A stretch of 64,000 nt of DNA, taken from positions 4,960,001 through 5,024,000 of the forward strand of contig NC_134035.1 in NCBI RefSeq assembly GCF_964204645.1, given 5' to 3'. Below the pieces are notes generated by a model. That model was given only the letters and a program-made list of their open reading frames with translations, was not told the DNA's origin and did not search any database. Made by a program: the position numbers and the translations under genes. This document shows, piece by piece, positions 24,353-37,700 of this stretch. The stretch comes from Tubulanus polymorphus. Taxonomy: Eukaryota > Animalia > Nemertea. Numbering within the stretch: position 1 is the first letter of the stretch; every line of letters starts with the position of its first letter.

Positions 24353-27300
24353 ATGACTCCCGAATACATCAGTGAACAGCGAGTACGCGCGGCTTTGAAT
24401 CCTGTCCATACGTTAGTCGATGCGCTGGAAGAAGCGTTCAGGAACTTTTCTAAGGGTAAAGAAGGGGGCGCAATTCAACCCTTACGTACGAGGCTTGAAG
24501 TCAGTGATCACAACGGGCAAGTTATATTTCTATTTCATGGCGTTGACAGCGCATTTCCGATTAATTTTTGGGTAAATGAAATTGATAGTCAGAGTCGTGG
24601 CACTTCTGGCGTGGTGGGAAAATGTTACATTTCAATAAATGGACCAAAATTGTTTTGACAGAATGCTGATCGCTATGCCTGTCTATTCGGTAAACGACCA
24701 AGCACTCGCCATAAAGGTACTTACGCTATACAGCGAAAATAAGAGGAGGAATCTTCCGACTTATCAAGGCGTCATGTTGTTGTTCCACGCCGATACTGGC
24801 TGTTTGGCATCGGTAAGGCTGTCAGATCACATGCGGTACTAAGTCAAAATAGTCCGATCAAATCGTTCGCAATGTCTTATGAGATTTCTTTTCAAAATAG
24901 ATAATCGATGCTATTTCGGTGACAGAAATAAGAACCGCAGCCGCGTCTGCCGTCGCCACTAAGGTACAGGTCTAGCTACAGAATGATTTTCTTCCCCTTA
25001 ATCTATTGACATTGTAACGTCCCTTTTATCTATGATATATAGTGCATCTACCGCGGTGAACCGAAAATATTGGCCATTATCGGAGCCGGCTCACAAGGAA
25101 AAGGTCACTGGAATGTGTTCTCGCAAATTTACTCGTTCACTGAAGTATGTCTTCGAAAAACCGAATAAAACTTTCGAAGAAAATATTTTCTAGAATGAAT
25201 AACTAATTCTAACGTATAGGTTCGAGTTTACAGCCGAACGCGTAGTTCATCGGAGAAACTGGTGTCTCATATCGGAAGTAGAGGAAAGGTTTGTGAAAGC
25301 GCGGAAGATGCCGTGAAGAACGCTGATATTATCATCACAGCAACATTCTCGAAACAGCCGCTAGTTTTTAAAGACTGGGTCAAACCAGGAGCTCATATCA
25401 ATGGTTTGTTTTTCAATCTTTTTTAATTTTCTATATTCTCCTTCCCCTGGGAGACTTTATTCTATGAACGCCGAGCGAAGCTGGATATAAGAGGGGTTTC
25501 GCAACCTCAAATCCATAACCCCCAAATTTCAAACTACAAACTCACTTATATTTTTCTTGTAAATTCAGGGAAATTGAAATGAAAACAAATGACAAAAAAT
25601 ATTCTATGCAAAATTTACTATTTTCAACTCGATCTGTTAGTGAGTTAGAGATCTGAGAAAATCAAATAATTACCTTGATAATAAAAGGTTTTTATAATCA
25701 ACGGTTGTTTCAACCAATGTATTGCAGCATTGGGAGCCAACTCGCCGGACCGGCAGGAACTGGATCCAGTATTAGTGAGAGATTCCGTCGTGTACGTCGA
25801 CGACAGACGAGCCGCCATCGCGGGAAGTGGAGATATAATCCACTCCAAGGTAGAAATAGAAAAAACAAAATTCGGTGTTTCATCATAGAAATTCGATTTT
25901 TATTTTTTGAAGAATTCACAGTGATGCATCAGAAGTAGTATATCCCAAGAGAGTTAATGTATTGGCAAATCTGATTGGCTGTTATTTGGCGTACTAACCA
26001 ATGCGAAAAATTGACACATTCATAATAAGAATAACATTCTGATATCAATTTCATTATCGTTATGGCTGGCTTATGTCGACAAGCAACGCGACGCCTACCG
26101 ACTCCTACCGACGCAACTGAGAGCAACCGCGATCGCAGCCCAGCTTATGTCGACTGCGCTCCGATTCGCAGCAACTGAGGTCGACTAGCGGGATATGAGA
26201 TCCTCCCAGTTGCTTCCCTACTTATGTCGGTTGCGATTACTAGCAACTGCAACGGCTCAAATGGTCACGTCATAAGCACTTTGAGAATAAATTTGAATTA
26301 TTAGGAAATATATTTCTATTAAAAAAGCTATTTCTTTAAGACTTTGATCTTTCTGATTCTGTTTTGACTACAACGTGCTAGCGACATCTATAAAGATGGC
26401 CGCTCACACCATAATTCTACCAATTTCGTTTCTAGATCTTTGGTCCAGTCCTCTGCCGTGCTGAAGGTTTTGTTTACGTTTTGAACTACTTGAATTTGAA
26501 AGTTTATGACTAATTACGAATGACGCTAACTAGCGGTGATAATTTGTACTATGTATATGCGGTCTCTCATTGGCTGGAACCCCAGCGCTCAGTTCCGTCG
26601 CGTCGCAGATGAGCTTATGTCGGCTGCGATCGAAAGCAACTGCCCGCCTACCGTAGGCCGGAGTAGAACATGGGCAACTAGCCGGATATGGCTTGCGACG
26701 AGTCGGTAGGCGTCGCGTTGCCGTAGCAAGCCGGCTTATGTCGAACCGATTGAGGAGCAACTGGCGGCCGCTAGTTGCCGCTAATCGGCGGTAAACCCAG
26801 TTGCGTCGGTAGGCGTCGCGTTGCTTGTCGACATAAGCCAGCCTTGGAGCAATCATGACAAATGATTACTCCAAGATAAAACCTCATATTACAGTCAACC
26901 CCCTATACACTACCCACATCGGTGCAGCAGAACGATTTTGGCGGTATAGAGAGTATGGCGGTATATCGGGGGCGACACGGTATATCGGGGGTTGTCTGTA
27001 TTACAGTCAACTCCTCATATACCGGCTACATAGGTTACTCAGGATTTTAGCGTCTGGTATAGGGGTTACTTTCACTACATTTATTACATTTATTTATTTT
27101 CACCGGTTGAAAGACAAAATACACATGTTCCATTCTTGGAAAATAACCTGGCGTTAAGCGCTAATGCTGATTTATCGGGGGGGGGGGGTATATAAGGGGT
27201 ATATACTTGTTAATTTGTTGTCCATTAAACTGTAGGCAGAAATCTACGCAGAAATTGGAGAAGTGATCGATGGTAGAAAGGAAATAAAACGTGATCCGAT

Positions 27301-27709
27301 CACTATATTCAAGTCATTGGGTAAGAAAGAGATAAAACAATAACTTAACTCACAATTAATTCTTTTTCACAGTTTGATAAAATTGATCTCAAGTAAATCA
27401 GCGGCGAAAATGAGCCGAAAAATAGATTTACAAACATTAACAATTGAAATCAAATACGGTTTTACAACGAACTTCGGGAGACCAGTAAAATATATTCCTT
27501 ATAAACACGAGTTCGTTATGTAAAGTATGAAATTATCGATATCTGTTTCTGTTCGGGGCGAAATTATAGAGAGTTGTTGTTGATTTTCCTATTTTAAAGG
27601 TTTAGCGATTGAAGACGCGGTTACTGCCAAACTTGTGCACGATTCTGTGCACAAAGAAAGAGCAGCCGACACTGACAGAAAGTCGAACCAACAAACTGGA
27701 CGAAAATAA
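24353..27709 (+). CDS. CRYM: Mu-crystallin / ketimine reductase (ornithine cyclodeaminase family), 8 exons, 326 aa
   Basis: Exons 24353-24516, 24662-24812, 24901-24963, 25043-25144, 25220-25403, 25728-25849, 27236-27320 and 27600-27709 (981 nt, in phase). Motifs: QPLRT, AMPVYS, RTAAASAVATK, IIGAGSQG, ADIIITAT, WVKPGAHINALGA, AEIYAEIGEVI, IFKSLGLAIEDAVTAKLV. Confidence 0.92.
26064..26843. mobile_element. 780-bp non-autonomous DNA transposon (PIF/Harbinger-like) in CRYM intron 6
   Basis: Perfect 39-bp TIRs ggctggcttatgtcgacaagcaacgcgacgcctaccgac, with recurring internal cttatgtcg motifs. The element is absent at the paralogous position in the CRYM pseudogene (~32597). Confidence 0.85.
26890..27000. 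mobile_element. Short Tc1/mariner-type MITE (TA-flanked)
   Basis: ta|cagtcaacccc...ggggttgtctg|ta. Related ends occur at 27002, 32648-32946 and ~37228. Confidence 0.6.
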
Positions 27710-28589
27710 ACATTTACCGATACTACATTCAACGTCCAATTAATCGTTGATCGTAAAAATAGACGTTTTTCGAATTTAACTGACATTAATTTCACGTTCA
27801 ATTGTAATATGGACGTATCTTAACTGACATTAATTTCATATCCAATTAGCAATTGTAAAACTGAATATATATATATGTTTCAAAATTTCTGATATTCATT
27901 TAATCAATTTCTGAGTCCAAGATCGTACGACGCGTATTAGTAACACATTACACGTAGCGAAAACCGACGGTTGGAAAAACTCTTACATTTCTGTAAGTAT
28001 TTTCTCTGCAAAATAAATTCAGCAACGATTTGTTCGACCAACAAATCACTGCTTAATTTATCACAAATTCATGTAAGCACAACCAAGAATTTTCAAATAC
28101 TAATAACGGTTAAAAAAATTCTATAAAAGATCCACTATATGAAGATTTGGCAACTTTATCTTCATATATTTATTCAGGTTCTTCCAGTCTCGATCGATTG
28201 TTACTATTAATAGATTTATACGTGATGAACATCATTTAGATAACGATAAGCTTGTAACTGTTTCTGTTAATTTTTCCATTAGTTTGTATCACTACTGATT
28301 ACTTGATTATTCTCTTAGTTCTGGATTTGTATATTTCACAATTTTTTTGTAACTCAATATTCCTGAAGATGAAACGTCGAATAAACTTCTAGCTCAATTA
28401 AAAACATTTATCGTACTTTATGTTATTTTTCGTTGTTGCTGAGCAGTTGTCATGATGGATTTCTCAATTTCTCAAACATTTCGAAATTTGTGCTTCAACT
28501 TTAGGATGAGTAAAAATAGTGTGAACTATCATCTTCAAAACATTATTGAATTATAGAATATTCACTAGTATCTGCCTAGTTTGAAAATG

Positions 28590-28930
28590 AAATCTCGGTA
28601 ATAAGACAGATAACAAAAAGCGCTATTCCGAAAGCTCGCTCTCCGAAGGCCCTTTTAGATAGCTCGGTTTCAAAGTTTTTAAATCTATCGATGCCATCAA
28701 CTGTCCTTAACAGTATATTCCATAAATGAGCTTCACACGACTTAAAGTCACGATCACCAAACGACGTGCGTGTTCTGGGCAACGCAAGCGTATTTGTAAT
28801 AACAGATCTTGTTGCCACTACTATTAGATGTCGTAATGAAGATTAGGTCCTGTAAATATACAGGAGCTATGCCATGGACTCGAAGATCTGGACTGATATC
28901 TTAAAGTCAACTCTTACCACAATCGGGTAT
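28590..28930 (-). mobile_element. Degenerate 3' fragment of a CR1/L2-type LINE ORF2
   Basis: The minus-strand translation LPRTRTSFGDRDFKSCEAHLWNIL, with upstream WL.PIV.RVDFKI and AP.YLQDL remnants, resembles the C-terminus of CR1/L2 reverse transcriptases. Confidence 0.7.
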
Positions 28931-29503
28931 AGCCAATACAATCTACCCAGAATCTGAATAAAATAACGAAATTAATTTGCAACGAACACGTATATTCCAT
29001 ATAGTGTATGAGTCAGGAGAATATCAAAATATCGATTATATGTACATTTCAAGCGATCGAATTTCTGTCAAACTGTCATCACCGTCATGACAGGTGTAGA
29101 AACATGTCAACGGAATAAATGCCGATGATTTCTGCGTTTCAGAATGAACCGAGTTTAGGCCCTAACATCGCTGAGCAAAGGTAAGCGCAATTATTTTTTC
29201 ATTTTCCAGTGAATACGCCACAGTCTTCAGCGAATCTTCAGAGCAATCTTTCGAATCGAGAGAACCAACGCGCACTGAAAAGATTACACTCAAAGACCAC
29301 AACATTTTGGCTACACTGACTTGAATAAATCGACCTAGAATGAATTTTCATCTACCGCAGTTTCTGTCAGAAACTTGTGCAAAATCTCGTTTATCATCAG
29401 AAATCACAGTTTTCAAATCTTAGTTCATTTGTAGTAAAACGGGACGTAATTGATTACGTTTAATTCCACCGAATTTCAATCTATTTGAATATAGGCTAAT
29501 AAG

Positions 29504-29898
29504 ATGCAGACGATCGCGATCATTTTCGTATTCATAACATGTACGTCTGTCGATTCGTCGATGACAGACGGAGACTGCCGTAATATGTGCGACAAGACGT
29601 GCGCGTATACAAGATGTCGAGTATGATTTGTTTCGACCTGGAAGGATGCGAGTCCCAATGCGGCGGAGAGCCTTCGGGTTGGGACTGTACCAAGATGGAC
29701 GGTTATTCTAACTACGAAGCGCGAAAGAACGCGTGTCGCAGCCAATGCGAGAATGTGTGTGAATACACCAATAAAGATGAAGTGAACATCTGCACGTACG
29801 CGTGCGTGAAGAATAGCGGCGAACCTAACCAAATGGCTTGCGCCGACCTAACTTCAGCTCCGGATTGTTACATAGATTATATGGAAAATGAACGCTAA
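29504..29898 (+). pseudogene. Small secreted Cys-rich (CxxxC) peptide gene with a 2-nt frameshift (~130 aa if restored)
   Basis: The ATG at 29504 follows an AG acceptor and starts signal peptide MQTIAIIFVFITCTSVDS, then CRNMCDKTC. TATACAAG at 29606-29613 versus TATAAG in the paralog (~33899) switches frame into ORF 29587-29898 (CESQC, CRSQCENVC, CTYAC). Confidence 0.7.
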
Positions 29899-30630
29899 TA
29901 AATCAACTACACGATGAACCGTCATAAAACTCACATTTGATTCGTGATTAAAATGATTAAAATTGAAAAACAGTTAGAATCAAACTTTCGATTTCTTATT
30001 TTGTTTTGAATACGGTAACATCTATCAAATAAACAGATTCATAGTGACAATGATATATAAGTTATACATTTTTGAGACGAATTTTCATCAAATGTTAGAC
30101 CAGACAACTTAACTGAAGAACATGAAAACGAAAAATGAATAAATAGACCAGCAGGTCAGATTTAGGGTCAGAAGGAAGGGGTGTTCACTAAAGAAATTTA
30201 GGGCCAAGCTTAGCCGCGATTTCTTCCACACTCAAAAGTATTTTAGAATCTTCTAGAATGACGAAAGAGCCAATTACCGCAACATTTTTATATTTCTCTT
30301 CAGTCCGGAATTTTTGAGGACTGTTTTCGGTGTTTAAGATTTTCAACGATTCAGATTGCTTAATCTAAGAATCCTAATCAAATGCAAATTTTAGGTACCA
30401 AACGCCTGCGTGACGATATATCAATTCATTGATTAAAAAATACGTCTCCTTGAAATGTGGAATGTGGGTGGATTAAATAATTTAAAAAGGTAATCAATTC
30501 ATTAATGTGTTTCCTCTAATGGATCAAGCAGTTGTTGCGGCCAGACTGTCTACCGCTGATCGCCGCACACGGATTGTGGACTGATCATCTTGAGGATCTA
30601 TTTGTAAAATAACAGCGACTGATAGCGAGG

Positions 30631-33450
30631 ATGACTCCCGAATACATCAGTGAACAGCGAGTACGCGCGGCTTTGAATCCTGTCCATCCGTTAGTCGATG
30701 CGCTGGAAGAAGCGTTCAGGAACTTTCTAAGGGTAAAGAAGGAGGCGCCATTCAACCCTTGCGTATGCGGCTTGAAGTCAGTGACCACAACGGGCAAGTT
30801 ATCCATTTCTATTTTCTATGACGTAAAGAAGCCATTTTCCGATCAACATTTGGGTAAAGAAATTATTGCTACCCAGAAATCGTGATCAAAAGTGGTAATA
30901 TCCTTTTATGTAATCAGGTCGGGACCCAAAAGCAACGCGCAAACTATAGATTGTGAAAATACGTCGGATTTAGATTGTTCTGGCACAAACCAATTTTGCA
31001 TGTACGACAAAAGGTCACGTTACGGCTCTGTGGACTCAGTACTGAACAATAGGGGTTTTACAATGAAACAGCAGCTACAGCGTTTAATTTTTTGCTTATG
31101 AGCCTAGATCTACATCGATATCACTCTATTTGGGAAAATGCTATTTTGTATATCACATTAATGGGCAGAAATTGTCTTGACAGAATGCTGATCGCTATGC
31201 CTGGCTATTCGGCAAACGACCAAGCACTCGCCATAAAGGTACTTACGCGATACAACGACAAAAAGAGGACGAATCTTCAGACTTTCGATTTTCACGGCGT
31301 CTTGTTGTTGTTCCACGCTGATATCGGTTGTTTGGCTTCGGTAAGGCTATCAGATTCCGGGTGGTTTCCAATCAAAATCGTTCGCAATGTCTTATAATAT
31401 TTTTTTTTCAAAATGGATAATTGATGCTATTTCGGTGTCAGAAATAAGAACCGCAGCCGCGTCTGCTGTCGCCACTAAGGTACAGGTCTAGCTACAGAAT
31501 GATTGTCTTCCTATAAAACTGTTGAAATTGAAACGTCCCTTTTATCTATGATATATAGTGCATCTACCGCGGTGAACCGAAAATATTGGCCATTATCAGA
31601 GCCGGCTCACAAGGAAAAGGTCACTGGAATGTGTTATCGTAAATTTACTCGTTCACTGAAGTATGTCTTCGAAAAACCGAATAAAACTTTCGAAGAAAAT
31701 ATTTTCTAGAATGAATAACTACATATATTTATGACGTATAGGTTCGAGTTTACAGCCGAACGCGCAGTTCATCGGAGAAACTGGTGTCTCATATCGGAAG
31801 TAGAGGAAAGGTTTGTGAAAGCGCGGAAGATGCCGTGAAGAACGCTGATATTATCATCACAGCCACATTCTCGAAACAGCCGCTAGTTTTTAAAGACTGG
31901 CTCAAACCAGGAGCTCATATCAATGGTTTGTTTCAAATTCATTTTCAATTTTCCATCTTATCATCCGAAACCCTGGGAAATTTTATTTTAGACCGAGGCA
32001 GGAGCGTAAAATATGTAAAATTGATTTCGCAATTTCAAATTACGTAACTCTGGTAACTTCAAATATATTTACTTTTCAGACTTCAAACAATTTCAGGGAA
32101 ATTTAAAGTCTTTCCAAATAGTATTCTATACAAAATCTACTGTTTCAAATCGATCAGTCAATGAGTTAGAGTTCTGAGTAATTCAAATCTTTACTCTTAG
32201 GCAGAAAAAAATGTGTCGTTTCCACAAACGTATTGCAGCATTGGGAGCCATCTCACCGGACTGTGGCAGGAACTGGATCCTGTATTAATGAGAGATTCGG
32301 TCGTGTACGCCGATGACAGACGAGCCGCCATCGCGGAAAGTGGAGATATAATCCACTCCAAGGTAAAAATAGAAAGGACAAAATTTACTTTTTCTTCATG
32401 GAAATTCCATTTTTTCTTTTTTAAAAGAATTCACAGCTATGCATCATAAGCAGTATAACCCAAGAAAGTTAATGTATTGGCAAATCCGATTGGCTGTTAC
32501 CGTATTTTGGCGTACTAACCAATGCGATAAATTGACACATTCAAAATAAGAATAACATTAAAATACAACATTATGATATCAATATCATTATCGTAAAACC
32601 TTGGAGTAATCAATTGACAAATGATTGCTCCAAGAAAACCTTACATTACAGTCAACCCCCGATATACCGCCCACACCCATACAGAACGATTTTGGCGATA
32701 CACAGAGTATGTGTTTTACTATGCATTTGTATCGAGATGTACATTGAGAAAACCTCAAGGTATGCAGGGGTGGGACGGTATATGAGAGGGCGGTATATCA
32801 CGGGTTGTCTGTGTTACAGTCAACTCTTCATATAGCGGCTACATCAGTTATTCAGGATTTTAGCATTTGGATATAGAGAGTATATATAGCGGTATAACAG
32901 GGGTTATTTTCACCATATTTCAACGGATTATTAGTAGTTGACTGTACATGGATGCATTTGAAACTATTCAGGCAGAAATCTATGCAGAAATCTATGCAGA
33001 AATCCGATCACTATATCCAAGTCATTGCGTAAGAAACAGAAAAAAACAATGACTCTCAATAGAAATAACTCATTATTAATTCAGTTACAGTTTGATAACA
33101 TTGAACGTGTTCATGAGTCTTACGATAGAAAGTAGATTTACAAATATTCAATTGAAACCAAATATAGTTTAACTATATTTATTAACTGTTAGTAACAACT
33201 AGTTATGTAACGAACTTTAGGAGACCAGAGAATATGTTCCTTATAAACAAGAGTTCGTAATATTACGTATGAAATTAATGATATCTATTTTTGTATGGGA
33301 CGAAATTCTGAAAGAATTTTGCTGATTTACCCATTTTAAAGGTTTGGCGATTGAAGGCGCGGTTACTGCCAAACTCGTGCACGATTCTGAGTGCAATGAA
33401 GAAGCAGCCGACACTGACAGAAAGTCGAATCAACAAACTGGATGAAAATA
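30631..33450 (+). pseudogene. CRYM: CRYM duplicate, pseudogene
   Basis: Lesions: 1-nt deletion in exon 1 (aactttctaagg); exon 3 acceptor AG>GG (~31416); GxG>RxG in the nucleotide-binding loop; 2-nt insertion in exon 6; exon 7 largely replaced by a gcagaaatctat repeat; altered last exon. Confidence 0.88.
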
Positions 33451-33827
33451 AACATTCACGGAAATACAATCAAAGATTAGCGTAACACTAGGCGCATTTC
33501 GAATTTAGCTGACATTAAGTTTCACATTCAATATTGTAATATGGACGTATTTTAACTGACATTCATTACATATCTCATTATTAGCAATTGTAAAACTGGA
33601 TATATTTCAATAGTTCTCATATTCATTTAATTGATTTCTGTTTCGAAGATCGTAAGACTCGATCGTATCGGGTATAAATTAAACTTAGTGAAAACTTAAA
33701 TCACATAGTTTTCCAATCTTAGATCTTTTTCATGCATCGAATACTTGAATGAACAATCAAATGATCGTTATCGATTACGCTTAAATCCACCGAATCAGAA
33801 TTTATTTAAATACAGGCTTTTTTAGCA

Positions 33828-33945
33828 TGCAGACGATCGCGATCATTTTTGTATTTATAACACGCGCATCTGCAGATTCGTCGATGACAGACGTACGCAT
33901 ATAAGACGTCGAATATGCTTTATTTCAACCTGGTAGGCTGTAAAG
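33828..33945 (+). pseudogene. Truncated paralog of the Cys-rich peptide gene
   Basis: ATGCAGACGATCGCGATCATTTTTGTATTTATAACA matches 29504 onward. It has an internal deletion, loss of Cys codons and no 3' half. Confidence 0.75.
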
Positions 33946-34734
33946 CCGCGTTAGCTTGAGCGCTTTTGGCCCGGACAACTGCTCACAAGGGTGAAGCTAA
34001 TTGAGCCCGTGCCTGTTTGACCCGGGGCAAGTTCATCCTATCTGAGTAGGTCGTGTTTTTCAAAGCGGTATCAACGCAGCAACGATACGACCAGTAATAA
34101 CTGGAATTTACGATACGCGGTACATATAAAACAGGTACTTTGTTCGTTCTAAATTAACGATTTCTTCACCAACCTATATTATATACATGATCGAGAATAT
34201 TTCAACAATATTCATATTTGGACGGCGAAAATATCATGAGAGCAGTAAATTAACTATGAATATGAGTATTCGCTTTTGAGCAACAATATTGTATCAAGAT
34301 TCAAGAGTTTGGCATAAAACATGATATAAGATAAACTGACTACGAAAAAAATACGGACCATAATATTGCGGCATAACAAAATGGATATACTCGCATACAT
34401 TTAAATATATCTAATATACAAAGCACTACAAAAAATAACTAAATAAAAATTAAAACTTAAACAATGATAAACATGAGCTATAATCTAACATTTAAATAAT
34501 ACTCTGCGAATATATAGTTTTAACACCTTAACATAATTTCATTTAACGAAAAATCAATAAATAGACCAGCTGTTAACGGAGAAATTTACATGATTGCAAC
34601 TTTACGTGTAAAAACATTATCACTCTTTTTAAGTACATGTAACGCCTTTTTTTTCAATCCCACAAACGTATAAAAAAATTTATTAGAAAAATATCATCTA
34701 TATTCGAAACCGTTCTTCGAAGATTCATCGAAAT

Positions 34735-37700
34735 TCAACTGTTTTTTTCTGTTCTATTGCCAAATATTTTCGACGATATTTTCGACAATTCACCCCGAAT
34801 CGACGCGATAAACGGTGCCGGGGAATCGCCCAATTGCAAGTCGTCACCGTTGTCAGTGGGGACTGGTATATTTGTTGGCGTTGAATTGGGATCGGACTGC
34901 GCCGGTACGGTATCGTTTTCGTCAGTTACCAGAAGGATGCGACCGTCGACCGGTGAAACGGGACGCGAGCTGACGGGTGAATGAATTACGATAGGTGGCG
35001 CTACGGAGCCTCCATCAGCGGGGAATCTATAAAATCGAATGAAACAAATAAATCAAACCGACTTTTTGGAATATGTAGATTGCAACTGTATCCAACTAAA
35101 CGACAATGATTCGACCATATTCAATGATTGTCAAAATTGATTCGAAGATAAATCTCAAAATTAGAACGATGAATTGAGTATGAGAGAAAATCCACAATCA
35201 CAAGGAAAAATATCAAAGATATTTTGACATTTTGACTCAATTTCCAGAGACACTTTTTCATAAGTGCCATCTGTCTATAGAGGTAATTTGTAACTCGAAA
35301 CTGAAACAGTTCATTTCAGAGAACCATCTGAAACACCTAGTGTTAGACCAAACAAGTTAACCGAGGAAAGAACCAACATGGACGATTGATTATTTCAAAA
35401 ATATGAAATTTGAAGGTAAATTCAAAAATTTATCATTGGTCATCATCGCATCCCAGTAGGTTGTGTTTCTCGAAGCAGTGGATGTTTTCTTATTCTCAGC
35501 GCAAAACGATTGATTTAAAAGGTTGACTGAAAATTTCGACAGAGCTTGAAAACACACCTATTATACGGAGGAGTTGATATAAGTTCCGAAGTCATGTTTA
35601 TACTGGTGTATTCATTGATAGAACTGCGACGGGATGTCGGCTGTGAATACGTCGTCAAACTTCTCGGCGATAAATCAGCCGAATGATGCGTTACTGGGGC
35701 CTGAAAATAACCAATTTAATTAATGATAACATTTGCCATAAGCAGTTTTCAGATTATTAAGTTTTCAAAGTTAGAACGAGATATTGTAAAATATGATGCT
35801 GGATGATGGTGCAGTTATAGAATGAGTGTTTTAATCACGTGTAAAATAGACACAGTAGTCCACTATTCTGATATTGAGATTAGCTTCAACAACCGACCTC
35901 ATTCGACATCGAGGTGAGGTGCGCGATTTCATCTCCGGCACGGTAAGGAGTCCACGTTACGTCGCGGTATTCCCGGTCACGGTCACTTCGATGGAAATGC
36001 ATCGGCGTGTGATGCGGTTCCTCTCCTGAAAATAACCCGAGAAAGATTGATTAACACAGATTCTAGGACAATTGCCCCCCCCCCGGACAAATGCCCCCAG
36101 ACAATTGCCCCCTAGGACACTTCTCCCTGGACAAATGCCCCCCCGAATAAAATCCTTTTTGATTTGGATTAACACCACCTAAATACTTCACTTAGAAATT
36201 CATTTGTATATTATTGAATATAGATTTATGAGATATAGAATTACTGATGTTGTGTGCAGATCAAAAACTTTAAATCAGTCCTTGAGTAATTATTATTCAC
36301 TTACCAAATTAAAGGAAACTTAATTAGTCCACTTATTAGTGCATTAGTTAAGGTTGGCTAATTCATTGGAATTAGTCTTAGTGTTACTTTAGCCAATCAA
36401 AAACTTTAAATCATTCCTAGAGTAATTAGCACTAATTAGCTAGAGTTAGTTCGCTTAGTCTAATCAATCAGAAGTAAATACCTGTGTTACTTTAAGATAA
36501 AAAATTTGGGGGGCAATTGTCTGGGGGGCAACTGTCCAGGGGGGGCAGTTGTCCAGGGGGCAATTGTCCTGAGACCATTAACACCAAAAAAGCAAATGCT
36601 TGAATGTTGAAATGCAGCGATGAACTTACTAGGTGTGTGCGCGAATGACTCTGAGTTATATTCCACTTCAGCAACAGATCTGAAACTAGAGTCAAAATAG
36701 AAAATAATACACCCCTAATTGAGGAAACATACTAAAGATGGACTATCGGTACTAAGCCTTGAAATCCTTAGGACTAACGAGTCTGATCAATGCTTACCTT
36801 TCTGAAAATTCTGCTGGTTTGTCCAATTCAGGTGAATGATGCTGTTCTTCTAGCAATCTAAGAAAATAGACGAAACATTGTGCATTGTGAATTACTGCAT
36901 GTATACAGTAGATACATATATATATATATCGAGTTGTATAACAAACCTCGGTGTGATCATTGAAAAAGCCTCGTCCAGTAAATCATGCATTCGTTGTCTG
37001 GCCTGTTCTAAACTTTCATCACCGGTTGCACCACTACGATACGACCTACAAAATCAAAATGGAATTATAAATAAACTCTCCGCCATAACAAGGTTCAGAG
37101 AACTGAATCCTGTACTTTATCCAAGAACTACCGGTAGGCGCAATAAACTCCTGATATACCACCATTCTTTGAAGGTAAACTCTTTACTGTAAAATGGTTT
37201 GTCGCGCGCAACATAATGCCTACAGTATACAATCAACACCTGATATACCGCCTCCTGCTAAACTGCCACCCCCGCCCCATGCCAGGTTTATTTTCGAGAA
37301 CTCATACCTGTATTCTATCATGAAACTAGTCATAAGAAACTCACGATACAGCAACATTCTTTCTATATGCCACCAAAATGACAAATACTGCAACCAGGTT
37401 GAATTTACCTATATCCAGGATCATGCGTGAAAACATCAGGCAGATATTCAGGATCACCCAACACGGCATCAATTTCCCTATCCCTTCGCGGGTTGATCTG
37501 AAATTCAGATTTCACTTTCATAACATCATGAAGTTAATGATTATCAAAATTCTGAACTCCAAAACTCCAAAACCCCAAAAAGAAACCATGGATGATGGAA
37601 ACGCTCAATATCAATTCATAAAACTAATGGCCACAATTCTTAAGCCAGCATAAATCAGTACAAAATGTAAGCAAAATGTTTTGGTCTCTCATTTTAAGAT

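Larger units (their letters stand above)
30345..33945. repeat. Second copy of the CRYM + Cys-peptide segmental duplication (first copy ~24065-29660)
   Basis: The upstream region, exons, several introns, the 3' flank and the start of the peptide gene match in the same order. Confidence 0.85.
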
